The translations under genes were made by a program, and so were the position numbers. Under the pieces are notes generated by a model. It ran no database searches and was not told the origin of the DNA. It saw only the letters and a list, made by a program, of their open reading frames with translations. 63,630 nucleotides of DNA, taken from NCBI GenBank assembly GCA_000934665.2, contig KZ538538.1, positions 1 to 63,630 of the forward strand, given 5' to 3'. Source of the DNA: Catajapyx aquilonaris. Taxonomy: Eukaryota. Below are positions 26,564 through 38,379 of this stretch, one piece after another. How positions within the stretch are numbered: position 1 is the stretch's first letter; every line of letters begins with the position of its first letter.

Positions 26564-29500
26564 AAAAATTGCTGGACATTTCAATTTGTAGAAAACGCTA
26601 TCTTCATAGTTCAAGTGATATTGAACAGCCGTTATCTCCTGCTGACGGGCCGTCAAAAAACGGTATAGTAGAAACAGTGCAACAAGCAGAGTAATTAAAC
26701 CCTGTAACCATCATCCTTGCACACGAGTGAATCCGCAATCCACGGCGCAATTAAACATGTACGGCGGCGGTTCTGCATTGCGATGGAAATAATTAGCAAA
26801 CAAAAAGCTTGTCAGAGATAGTGCACACAGACTTAAACGTCAAAGCATTCCCGAAATTTGCATATGGCGACGCACGCCCTATTAATATTCATATTATGAA
26901 TACTGGCGGAGTCAGCCAGAAACACCCCCGTATGTATTTTGCAAAATGTTTGCCAAGATATATTCGCGGCGCTGCGTATGTTTGTCAAGGCGGCGGAATA
27001 ACTAATTCAGCGGCAGAAATACGACACTCGACTGTTTTATTGTGCGACTCGCAAAAAAAATCGGCGAGATTCAATCTTACAGTGCAAATTGTGTTTCGGA
27101 AGGATTCCTTCTTCTTTTCTTTTTTTTGTGCACGCAAAAATTTCACGGGGCGACGATGTCTCTTCTTTGCTCAGAAAACTACAATAGGTTATAGAAACGA
27201 CAAGGTCTCTCGAGAGGAGGGCAGCCCCCTTTTTTTCTATTCAATTTCGCAGAGAGTCTCGCAAAAATATCGTCTTTCCTTCTCCGCCTGTTGGCAACAA
27301 TCTGGAGAAATCATCTCGGGACAACTTTTTTTAAACACTTTTTTAGCTTATTTGGCATGCTAAAAATTCGATAACAAATCCAACTGTATGAACGCCAGAT
27401 GTACCTAGATGTCTCTTTTTTTGTTTTTCTTCCGATATATATCCAGGGGCGTGACAAATGTTGTTTTTGTTTCCTGAGGGGGTGAGTTGGAAGTGTCCAG
27501 ATGGACAAAGTTGTTCCGCGTTTGGCAGAAGGAGTGTGAAGGAAGAGAAGAGAAGACAAAAACAACATTTCCTTTTTTTTCCCCCTTTCCATCCAACCGT
27601 ACCTATACAGTGGTGTAAGAGTGTAAGCAAGCGGTGCACGTCGCTGGTTCCCCAATCGAAGAAGAGCCAGGGACACAATGGCCCATCAGTTCCATTGATC
27701 GGCTGCAGGGAAGTGGAAGAAAGAAGTACAGAGAAGGAGGACTAGGAAGGATACAGGCACGTTTTTTCAGATAGGAAAAAAAACGTATGTGATTATAGTA
27801 ATGCAAATGTTTTTTTTTAAAAAAATCGGTACATTCCAGGAAATTTGTACACAAAAATCAGCACCAAAATATCATTCCTTGGATTTTAAAAAATTGGCGC
27901 CGGAAAAGGGGGCGTGTCCTAAGGGCGCATTCCGATTCCTGCCTGACGCAAATACCGGTATAATTTCGATCGATCATATCTTTCTTCAAATTAAAATTAT
28001 GTTAAAAATAAGGAAGTCTATTTACATTTGGTATGCAAAATGTAGGCATGGCCCCCTTCTCTTGTCCTCAACCGTATCGGACTGTTTATACAACGGTCAA
28101 GAGGCACCAAAAACAGCTATTTCACCCCCTCATAAAAAAAGAAAAATAAGAATCTCACGCTTCCTTGACTGATCGGGATTCTCTTTACCAAACGGTTTTC
28201 ACATCCTGCTTTCCGATTCCTCCTTCACTCGACCTCTCCCTAGTGTCCTTCTCCTCACCTCTTGTTTTATATATATTTATTTTGGTCTCCGCTGTATGCT
28301 TAAAACCGGTCTCTTGATGAAGTCAAAATGTACTCCGGCTTGGGGCATTGCACCTGCACTTACACAATCTGCAGGCTGGCCGCGTGTGGTCAGGAATTAC
28401 GAGCATGTGCGGTCCATATGCTGCTGCACCTCCGGGTTATGTTTCAAGCCTAAAGGACTTAAACCACTTTTCCCTCATGGCCCATCCGGTCAGGCTTCCA
28501 CCCCCCAAAAAAATTGGAGAGAGAGAGAGAGAGAGAAAAAAAATGCGGAAACACCTTTTTGCTGAGAAAATGTCCGGAGGGGTAGTGAATCGATGCAGTC
28601 CTTCCAGCTGGATGTGCCCGATTAGGCAGGGAATCCCTCAGCCTGAAGGGATTTATCTCCGGGGATTAGCTCCGGAGGGGGGGAGATGAAAAAAAAAACG
28701 AGGATTTCTTTTTTTATATATATATCCGAAGAGTACGGGATTCGGCCACGTCTCTTTCGCCCCCTTCACACGGCCAGATTTAGCCGATCAAAACTGTACG
28801 GAATCAATCGTCCGGAGCCATCGACCTCCACCGATATTTTGTTTATTTACGAGAAGACTATCGTACTATCTCTTACTGTATACATGGGAAAGTTTGTGTG
28901 TCTGTATATCACGGCTATCTAGCCCTTTTCCGGACTACTGAGAGTGCTGAAACTTGGCCACAATCGTGGCTTACAACCAGCTGATTGACGGTATAAATTA
29001 TTGATGTACAAAAGTTATTAAAACCCTGTTCATAGTGTTGTATGTTGTTACCGCGACGCTTCCGATTGGCCCTCCGTTCTGCGCAGGAGCAATGGAGGCG
29101 GAGGCAGCGCCTCTGGTGGGTGGAAGTTCGCTGTTGGCTGGACCGGTCTATACATCGCCCAGTAATCGAAGCGGGGGTTTTTTCTAGTCCATTTAATAAT
29201 TTTGTTATTTACAGTATTGTTTGTAGTATTTTATCCGGCAACTTGGGTCACATAGAGGCACCAGATTTTTTCCGATAGAAATAGTGCGGAATCAATCGTA
29301 TGGAGGCATCGACCTCCTCTGCAACCGAATAAGGGTTAGAGAAAAGCGCCTTCGGCGTTTGTTATTTTTAGGGGTTGTGATTGGAAGGGGGGGGGGGGGG
29401 GGNGGCGCACTGCACAATTTTAAAAGTCGCAAAAACCGCCAGTGTTTTTGCTTATATATCCTCCGCCTCCGCTGCTTAACCTCACCGAGGCTAAAAACAG

Positions 29501-30803
29501 GGGCTGAGAGAGACAGTTTTATGGCGATGGATTCCAGGCTTTGTATATATGCAAAAAGCGGTCGCAAATTGGGAAAATTCGAGACTCCTGCTGCTGTTGG
29601 CTGAAAACTAAATTCAACTGGAAAAAGCTCCAGCGCAATAATGGTTTGGGATCAGAAATTGTAGGGAATCAGTTGCCTGCAATAATTAACAAAGAAAATT
29701 TTAGACCTATCAGCTAGATTGATAGCCATCAAATGACATAAACATTATTAGAAGCAGACGTCGATTGGAATTTTTAATTTGCGCAGTATTTTTGGTCGTA
29801 ACCTGTACTTAGCAAATAGCAAATATTTTAATGTAAGAATATAATGTTATCTCATTTTTCTTCAGCGCTACACATGCCATTTGAGGTCCAAGGGTCTGGA
29901 ACATGTGTTGGGCGCAATGTAAGGCAACTTCCGCGGTAAATGTTAAAACATTTTCCGTCGCATTATTCCCAACAGCTGAGAGAATATGCAGAAAAAAATG
30001 CAATTTAGTGGCCCTCGCCCTTAAGTTCGCCTCTTAAAATTTTCCACAACCCTGCCGAGATTCCCATTCGTTAAGCACACAAAAACTTTTTTTTTCCCCC
30101 CCTGGTGCAAAAGTGTAGCTATTTACATGCAATTAAAGCACACACCAAAAAAACAGGCCTCGTGCCAACCCGTCGGACACACACACAAAAAAAAGGTAAT
30201 TTAAAAAAATCAATCGTATATCTGAACCGGTCATCGGCCTATTTCTATTCCCCATAATGTTTGCTCCCCTCTTGTGTTTTTAGATCAGTAACCTGTATGC
30301 CACGATATACATGCGTCTATACATAGACATAGCCTTTATCGATTTGTCTATCAGACTTGCTGAAAATAATATAGAAAAGGGCTGTCATATATTATATGAT
30401 CACACCTGATAAAGTCGCACATCGGGTTCATAATAGGAAAAAAAAATCGTAATGAGCAACGGGATTCCCCACAATTTTCACGCACTGTGTAGTTACATTA
30501 TGTCCAGATAATAATTATTATCCGAAAATTCGTGACAAGTTTTTCTATACGCACTTGGGTGGGCCAAACCCCAAACATTATGTTCCAGATGCATCGACCT
30601 GCAATGGGCTCTTTTAACCCACATTGTTTGGCACACTTTTTCCGCCACACTGTGTTTCCCCTCCCTCGATTCGCATTAATTTTCGGTAACGCCATGTGGT
30701 CAGCAGGGAACCACAAAAAAAATCGCGATCTAGTTGACCCCCTAATTCAGTAAAAACCACTATAAAAATGAAAGAGTCGAGCCAGACAATGCGTGGTACT
30801 GAC

Positions 30804-30935
30804 CTGCTGTGTTGAGGGCATGGTCGCGACCGCGTGCGAGCGTGTGCACCACGCGGATGTTCCGCAGCCAGGTCCTGCCTGTCTGCCGTCTGACGCTGGA
30901 TTGCCGAAGAGTTGTGCCTGGCTGCTGAACTGCCT
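30804..30935 (-). promoter_or_regulatory. Candidate first (non-coding) exon and transcription start of the hexosaminidase gene
   Basis: GC/CpG-rich segment that starts on the minus strand near an Inr-like GCAGTT (~30933) and ends at the donor CAG|GTCAGT (30803). I found no other minus-strand gene between here and 11965. Linkage to HEXD is inferred. Confidence 0.4.
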
Positions 30936-31091
30936 CGAGGGGTCTCTGTGGGTGGGGGGTGGCTGGCAAAAAGGGGTGTCTCTCTCTGGCTACTACGGGG
31001 AGGGCGCACAGCCAACTGGAAACGCGCCTCGGAAAATCACCACTTGTTGCAGAGGGTTAGTGTCACCAATTGTGTGTTTGTCTCTCGACTG

Positions 31092-31257
31092 TCTCACACT
31101 CCGGAGATAAATCCGGCACTCTCAGTAGTCTGAAAGTGGGTATAGCCAGGACGTATTATACAAACAGACGAACTTTCTGATTTATTGTGTATGTCCCGGC
31201 TACCTAACCCACTTTCAGACTACTGAGAGTGCTGGATTTATCTCCGGAGTGTCAAGA
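31092..31257. mobile_element. MITE-like foldback element
   Basis: The ~46-bp near-perfect inverted arms are ACACTCCGGAGATAAATCCGGCACTCTCAGTAGTCTGAAAGTGGGT and ACCCACTTTCAGACTACTGAGAGTGCTGGATTTATCTCCGGAGTGT. Arm fragments recur at ~28649 and ~28933. Confidence 0.75.
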
Positions 31258-32410
31258 TTCAGTTGTACCTCCAATATTATTCTCTGTTCAACCCATGTCA
31301 CGATTTATAGGAGGCTATATAGTCGCAGATGTCCTGGCAACACACACAGAAAAACGTGTCTTTTATTATTCCTGCATCGATTTTACTGATCCAGAAATAG
31401 CTTCATAGTTCACGGTATGGGACACACGACCAGTCAACGACTCTATCAGTAGTCTACCAGAAGGAAAAGACCGCAGAGAAAGGAAAAAAAAAGTGCTCAT
31501 TTATTTCGCCAGACGTGACGGCAAGAGGTGAAAACTTCACTTCGCGAGACTTAGACTAGAAACTTTACTTAGTAATGAGATTCTAATGAAAGGGGGGAGT
31601 CGACGCGACGTAATCAAGTTAGAACTGAAAATTTTATTTCGTAGAGAGTTTCCCCGCCGGTGCAAAAGTTGGGTCCCCCCCGCGAAAAGTATTAAATTCG
31701 CACTTGTCGATTATACCCAAGTTCAGCGAACTGGAAAACGACTTCAAAGTCGTCGGGATTTTGCGCGTATCAAGTTGAAGCCTCCCCTGCAGGCCACGCC
31801 CTTTACATTTTTTTAAGGCCCCATTCTTTTTGCTAAAATAATAAAGCGTATTCCACGCAAAAAAAAAAATTGGCAAAGGTAAATCGATACTGAAGAGCCT
31901 GCAGCTGCTCCTGTTTTTGCAACAAAAAAAATGTATACGCATTTTCTACAGCATTTAGAGCGAAAGGTGCCGAAATTGGTGCCTGTTTTTTTTTAACACG
32001 TGCAAAAACCACCACCCCTATTTCAAACTAGCGTCCAAAAAAAAAAAAAGTTTTGGCACATTTTCTAAATTCCAATACTTGTCAAAAAGTTTTCTTTACA
32101 CTTTTCGCTACTTTTCCCACGGCCTCTTCCTCTCGACCCGAGAGTTTTCCAATTTCGATTTTTTTAGTTTTTTTCTCGCCTCCTAAAGAAGAGTGAGATC
32201 CGAGCTTTATTGAATATTTGCACAAAATGCTTGGCCCGCGCCTGCTCCATATTTCACGCCTCATAACGCATATAGGTTAACCCTCCTTTTTTTTACCCCC
32301 GCAAAATTACGAGGCGCGGCAAAGGCCCAATCATCAATAACAATTATCATATCAATATAACTCATGTCAATTGCATGTGATGGTCAAGCCTTTGTTATTT
32401 TATTTATACA

Positions 32411-32535
32411 CTAGTAGCCAAAATTTTGACAACACTGCTTGGCCCACCCCCCAACTTGGACGTAGTACGATATGCCACTACCAGTTGGCGCACGTTGGTG
32501 ATGAGTCGCTTCGCGGACAAAGTCCACCAGGGTCT
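32411..32535 (-). repeat. Dispersed repeat subfamily B, copy 4 (reverse, internally deleted)
   Basis: The reverse complement reads CCCTGGTGGACTTTGTCCGCGAAGCGACTCATCACCAACGTGCGCCAACTGGTAGTGGCATATCGTACTACGTCCAAGTTGGGGGGTGGGCCAAGCAGTGTTGTCAAAATTTTGGC. Confidence 0.85.
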
Positions 32536-32581
32536 ACATCTTCAAATATTGTTGAACGGGGAAAGTGAATGGTAACTTTTC

Positions 32582-32583
32582 AT

Positions 32584-32615
<32 letters not shown>

Positions 32616-32624
32616 ATTAATTAA

Positions 32625-32699
<75 letters not shown>
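32582..32699. repeat. Imperfect (ATT)n microsatellite
   Basis: Long ATT run with a few interruptions. Confidence 0.97.
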
Positions 32700-32700
<1 letters not shown>

Positions 32701-33416
32701 TGAAGGGGGAAGGGGGGATGGTAGAAGTTGCTATGGTAATCAGCTGCTTGTGGTAGAATATGGCTGTGTAGATGGGAAGGGGCGGTAGAGGGGAGGAGAA
32801 ATGGGACATACCGACAAACTTTGCCTTTTATATACAAAGATTGTTTATTTAGTTTTATTTATTTATAATCTACCGGTATTTATATTTATTCCAGTATTTA
32901 CATGCATATAGTGGCGACCAAAACATGTGGACGTGAGGGTGAATCGGAGAACAGGAAGTGGACAAAAGTCAGTGACATTCACCGTTCCACGTCACGTGCT
33001 GCGACGGGATGTGACGTGAGAATGAGGCGGGGTGGGGTAAAAGGTGTCTCCCTAATTATAATCCAAGAGGGTGATAACCTCTCTGGATCTTGACCACTAC
33101 TGGAACTGGAGGGGGGGAAAAAAAAAAGAGAGAGAAAGAAGTGGAAGGGGCGGGTGGGTCCTTCTTTTTTTCCAGGAAAGAGATGGCTTGTCGATACTCC
33201 TCCGGCACGATATTGCTCAATTAGCGATGTTGATCGATTGTTACCTCCTGCAGTTGGGGGGTGGGTGGGTTGGATAATCCAACCCCACCCACTTCACGTG
33301 CCCAATAATACAATGAAGCGGCCACCAATCAATCCGCCGGACTTACCCTTTATTTTGTATAGGGAGAACCTATTCAAGCTCTAATGTCGATGCAACAATC
33401 GACGATTAACCTGGAT

Positions 33417-33590
33417 AGCGAATTTGGCAAAAATTGTAATCAGTATGGCAAGTAATGAGATATTCCGACGATTTACCCACGTAGTACTTTTCTTCGCTCA
33501 TAGATGGCGCACACTCCGTCTGTACACTCCTGCCACCTTCATATCGTGCGGGCGATAGTGGAACCATCAGGTCGGACAAACATCCGCCTG
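33417..33590 (-). repeat. Dispersed repeat subfamily A, copy 4 (reverse)
   Basis: The reverse complement reads GATGTTTGTCCGACCTGATGG...TGAAGGTGGCAGGAGTGTACAG...GCGCCATCTATGAGCG...GTACTACGTGGGTAAATCGTCGG. Confidence 0.85.
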
Positions 33591-34828
33591 TTATAGGAAT
33601 GCCGAATAATATGATATTTGAATTTATTGCAATGCCATTGTGAATATTAAACCACCGGATTTCAGGGTCGCGCGTGTTGACATGGCACGTGAGCGAGTTG
33701 AATTTGCTGTGTCGTAGCGGTCAGTAACACTCGATGTCCCATATAACAGTATGCCTGGCATGTGACGCACCGGTAGCGCAATTGTGTGCGCTGGATATGA
33801 AAGAATGAGGCCATTGCAAATTATTTCGTCGCAAATCGGCTTCTCGGTGCATGCCCTCCGAGCTGCTTCTTCAGACATCCTCCGCATAAATGGACAGGTC
33901 ACGCATCTTTAAGTAGTACCACCTGATGAATACAGATGCAAAAGTCAAACCAAGGGCAATCGGATGAAACGCATTTTAGCTCCTTGGGTCAGGAAACTCC
34001 GTGTCCACACGTGTCACATCATATGGAGATTCCCTCACCTTGAAACGATCAGAATATGTTGACTCCAGTTAAACCAAAGAGTGCGCACCACCCTGTGTAT
34101 AGAAATGCGCAGTTTGTTGAGCCACCCTGTAGCTTTTGCATGATAGGAATAGTTTCAACCGGTTTTAAGTACCGGCGCATCTAGCCTCGGGTCATGCATG
34201 GGGGTGACCTTGTATATACGATGTTGATCTAGCTGGCGTCTTCCAGAGGGGCACCAGTCTGGGAAGGGAGACGTGTCCCAGTTTCAGCAAATAATATATT
34301 TAAAAAAAAGTGGCGGAAAACAAAAGTCTCGCTATCGATTGGAGGAAATAAAAGTTGGGTCGTTAAATACGATTTCCCCCCTCCCTGTATGATGCCACGT
34401 CTGCCTTAGATACATTTTCCTCATTGTAACAATAGGATATTATATTGAGACCAGTTATTGTGGCATAACCTGATATATAAATGGGTGTAGTGGCAAAACA
34501 CCACATGTCCAACTGATGCAGTTTTGCATGGAATCCAAGGTTCGTGCTGACCTTGTCACGTAACAAGACTTTTTCCACCCGGCACCCCCCAAGGCTACAG
34601 GAAAGCCGAACCAGCCAGTCCTTCTTCTTCCTCTTGTTGCCCAGCAGCAGAAGGATCAGGGCCTTCCAAGTTGCCTGTGGTGGTGGTGGCAGTGGAGGAA
34701 TCCAGCCAACCAACCAATGGGCAACACGCATCCGTGAGTTTGTCCACCCCTGGATAATTCCCCAGGTGAATAACCCACACGTAGTGGGAAGCAGCAGCAC
34801 AAGAAGAGAGGCAAGTCAGTCAGGAAGG

Positions 34829-37744
34829 ATGAATCCAAGAGCATGGTGGCTGTTGTCCATCCTGCTGTGGGCAGGTGTGGTCAGAGCTGGAGGTCAAGAG
34901 AGGGCCGAGACCTTTGACCCGTCCAGGGTGCTTAAAGGACCCACATCATGCGACAGGGGAGACTGCGGAGGTGAGACGGTGGACTGGGAGGATGGTGAGG
35001 AAGAGGTGGCGGAGGACTCATCGGAGCAGCCCTGGGGTGGGCTTGGCCGGAAGATCAGCAGTGATGTGAGAGGGTTCCTCAGCAGCCTCAACACCTTTCT
35101 GGTTGAGGACACCACCCACAAAGGTGATGATGTGGCTCTGGAATCCATGGTCTTCTTCTTCCTGAGGTCCGAGGGATGGCAGCGGCTCAGCTCCCAGCTG
35201 GTCAGGGTCTACCAGGAGCTGGAGCCTGATGAAAAGGGCAGCCTGGCACGTGCGTTGCTCCTTCTGGTGGAGCAGGAGACCACCGATGTACTACCGCTGC
35301 TGGCGGAGATGCAGACCCTCCTGAAGGACACTGAGGTCAACGAGGTGCTTATGGATGTCTGGAAGGAGACCACGGCACAGGTCAAGGGAGACTCCTTCCA
35401 GGGACTCCAGCAGCTGGCTCTTCCATTCCTGAGGGTGATGAGCGAGGCCGATGTGTCCGTCAAGGATACGGAGATTCAGAGGCTCATCACCGAGATCATG
35501 AGCAGGGGTCAGCTGTCGCCGTTGACTCTACTGCAGGTCGTGCTGGAGCAGAAGAGCATTGGGCCAAAGCTGACCAGGTAACATGCAAATCCCTATAAAC
35601 AAAAGATGGTTAGGAACCAAAAGAGTCAAACTGCAATCTAGATTTGGTCACTTTCATGTAATTAAATTTAAATTCGTGCTGCAAGCGTAGAATGCCAGCT
35701 ATTTTCATTATGACGTAAAGTACTGCCGATTGATTACATAAAAGATGCCTGTGTGGGTCAGATGCGTTAAGAGACCACTTCCACGTTGGATGTCAAACAG
35801 GTTTTGCTGGTCAGACATTACTTTTGACATAATATATGTAACGAGTAGGCAATTGTGCATATCTAAGTGGTCTACAATGGCATTGCATGCAGACGTTACA
35901 CAATGTGTCCAGAGATACGACAGGGAAGTTCAGAATCGCTTGTCCTTGTGCTTCCTCCTGGCAGCCTGCTAATTAGAATAATCTCGCAACCAAACGAGAT
36001 CAGAGCAATGAAAAGGTGCAGACCTTGCCGGCAAAGTGGAAATGGTTTCCTAATCACACTCTATAAACTGAGCAAGGAAATGGGTCGCAGGAAATAGAGC
36101 AAGACATTTTAACTAATACTAACAACAGAACAAGTCAAGCAGGGCTTGAGAAATATTTTCATAAATGTACAACTATAAAATTCAATGGCGTGGCATAGTT
36201 GCAATTTACCACGACAAGAACACGTGTGAAAAATGAACCTGTTAGCTCTTCTTATATAAATATTCATGGTTACGATAACTGGGCCTTCTCCATCGATTTA
36301 AGGTCGATCTCATTAAATCTCCATGCAATGTTACAGGGTGATCAACCAAATGATGAAGAAGATCAAGGTCGATCCTGCGATGGTGAAGGAGGCTCTGCAG
36401 CATGTTGAGATGAAGATGGACATCCGTGAGAACTACGAAGCCAAGCCCCAGGCTAAACCTGAAAACAAGACCAGCAAACCTTCTGGTCAACCTCCAGGAG
36501 ACATGTTCGGCAGCCTTTTGGAGATGGCGACAACCTTCATGGGAGGTCAGTCTGGACCCTTGGGCAGCCTGCTTGGAACCCTCGGAGCAAGTGGGGTCAA
36601 CCCGCAGATGGTCTTGGGAATGCTTCAGATGCTGGGTAAACCTGGCGGAGGAATCAAACTGGATGCGTTCATACCGGTCATACAGATGTACTTGGACACT
36701 CCTGGAAACGAGGGGATTGCTTCCATTGTCAACATGGTGCTCGGTACACTTCCAATCAAGGCAGAAGCTTCCTCCGGAAAAGCTCTTCCAAGCCTGACTG
36801 ACGTGTGGAACATGGCTCAAGGGTACATAACATGGTTCATCCAGTCGGACTCAGGCCAGCTTCTCCTCAAGGTAACTCCTCAAGCACTTAAGTGCAAGAC
36901 GTTCGACTGCTTCGTACATGTCTTGGAGAAGAATGGCAACTTCCGCGTCAAGACTGTGGTCAGCAGGCTCCAGAAGGACAAGCTCCGTCAGCAGTTTGCT
37001 GAGGGTGCTGCTCCATACATGATGGATATTGCACTACCATTAGCAAGCAAGAAGTCGCGGGATAACATGGTGCGCAAGATTACCAACATGGCAAACAACT
37101 TCTTCGTTGGGCAAGGTTACAAACCCATGGAAGTAGACCAACAACTCGAGTCGTTTGCACGCCGCACACAGTCGTACCTCAAGGACAAGTGGGGCCTGGA
37201 GGTCAACGCCATACGGTACCTGTACCCAATTGCAATGTACTACAGAGACATATTCAGGACCATGGATGGGAAGGAAATTGATTATGACCTCCTGACCGAG
37301 TCTGAGCTTCAGAAGAAGGTGGCCGAGCACTTTGACGACGAGATCCTCTTACCGTTTGTCCACGTGTGGAAGTCATACCAGTTCATGCTCCGTTCTCCTG
37401 ACTGCTCCGAGTACATCCTTTGCTCCCTCAACCATCCCAAATTCCTGGGCAACTGCAGTGGGGTCAAGCGAGCCATCATCATGAACAGCAGTTACCTAAT
37501 CACTTGGCACACCCACGGAAGCCTTCCGACGGACGGTCCTCTCGATCTAGTGCACGAGGCCATCATGGAGGGAAGCAAAGGGAAGGACTGCAAGGTTGGT
37601 CAAATTTAAAAAGCACAAACGTAGCAAAGATTGACATCGCGCAACTAACCCTTACCATTTCAGAAAATGTTCCTTCCCAAATGCGTACAGCTGAGGAGAG
37701 GGCAGGACGAGCTTGGAATAAACTTCCACCACGACGAGTTGTGA
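34829..37744 (+). CDS. Uncharacterised signal-peptide protein with C-terminal HDEL ER-retention signal (~695 aa, 3 exons)
   Basis: Exons are 34829-35577, 36337-37594 and 37664-37744. Introns are GT-AG with phases 2 and 0, totalling 2088 nt. The N-terminus MNPRAWWLLSILLWAGVVRA resembles a signal peptide. The last exon, absent from the ORF track, reads KMFLPKCVQLRRGQDELGINFHHDEL*. AATAAA is at 37944. Confidence 0.88.
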
Positions 37745-38379
37745 TCTCCATTGTTGTGCTGCTCAACAAAGACTTTCAGAGTGAGAGGGCAGAGTGAAAT
37801 ATATTTTCTCCAGGTTGTTATTGTTATCCAAAATGTGGTGGCTGGAAAAACCTCCTTTTTAACCTTTTTTTTAAAACAACAATGCCCTGTTGAGGACTGT
37901 TGCCACACTTCTCCAGGGCATTGTTAAACCTACTCAGGCCCAAAATAAATTTCAATGCCTCCAATATCAAGTTCCATTATGTATTTTATTATTTTGATTC
38001 GCTGTTCTTTTTTTTTTCACCTGATACAAACTTGCGCACAAGCTGATCTTTATCTTGCCAAAATATTCTGCTCGTCACTAGCACAATTTAAGTCCTTCCA
38101 AAACATTCTTGGCATTAGTCACAGTCCAAAATGACATAGATACAAAAAAAAGAAATTTGCGAGACAGGAACCTTCACTGTTGACTAGACAAAAAAGACGA
38201 CGATGCGTGTGTGATATAAATATGCTAAAAAAATACTGACTGCACTGGTGTGACACACACTGCTCGTTATTATGTAAATTACAAAATAAATTACTACTGT
38301 CAAATAAAAATTCTGAGGTAATGGACGGATTTGGTGCAGGGAGGGACGTAATAAAATAAGAAGGACGCGGCCGAAGCAA

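Noticed and set aside
12700..30700. Dozens of 60-190 aa ORFs in the large leader intron
   Set aside because: They are low-complexity and homopolymer-driven, with no consistent exon chain or recognisable domain.
34544..34828. 95-aa N-terminal extension in the ORF track
   Set aside because: It starts at a non-ATG codon. The ATG at 34829 directly precedes a signal peptide, so the upstream part is probably UTR.
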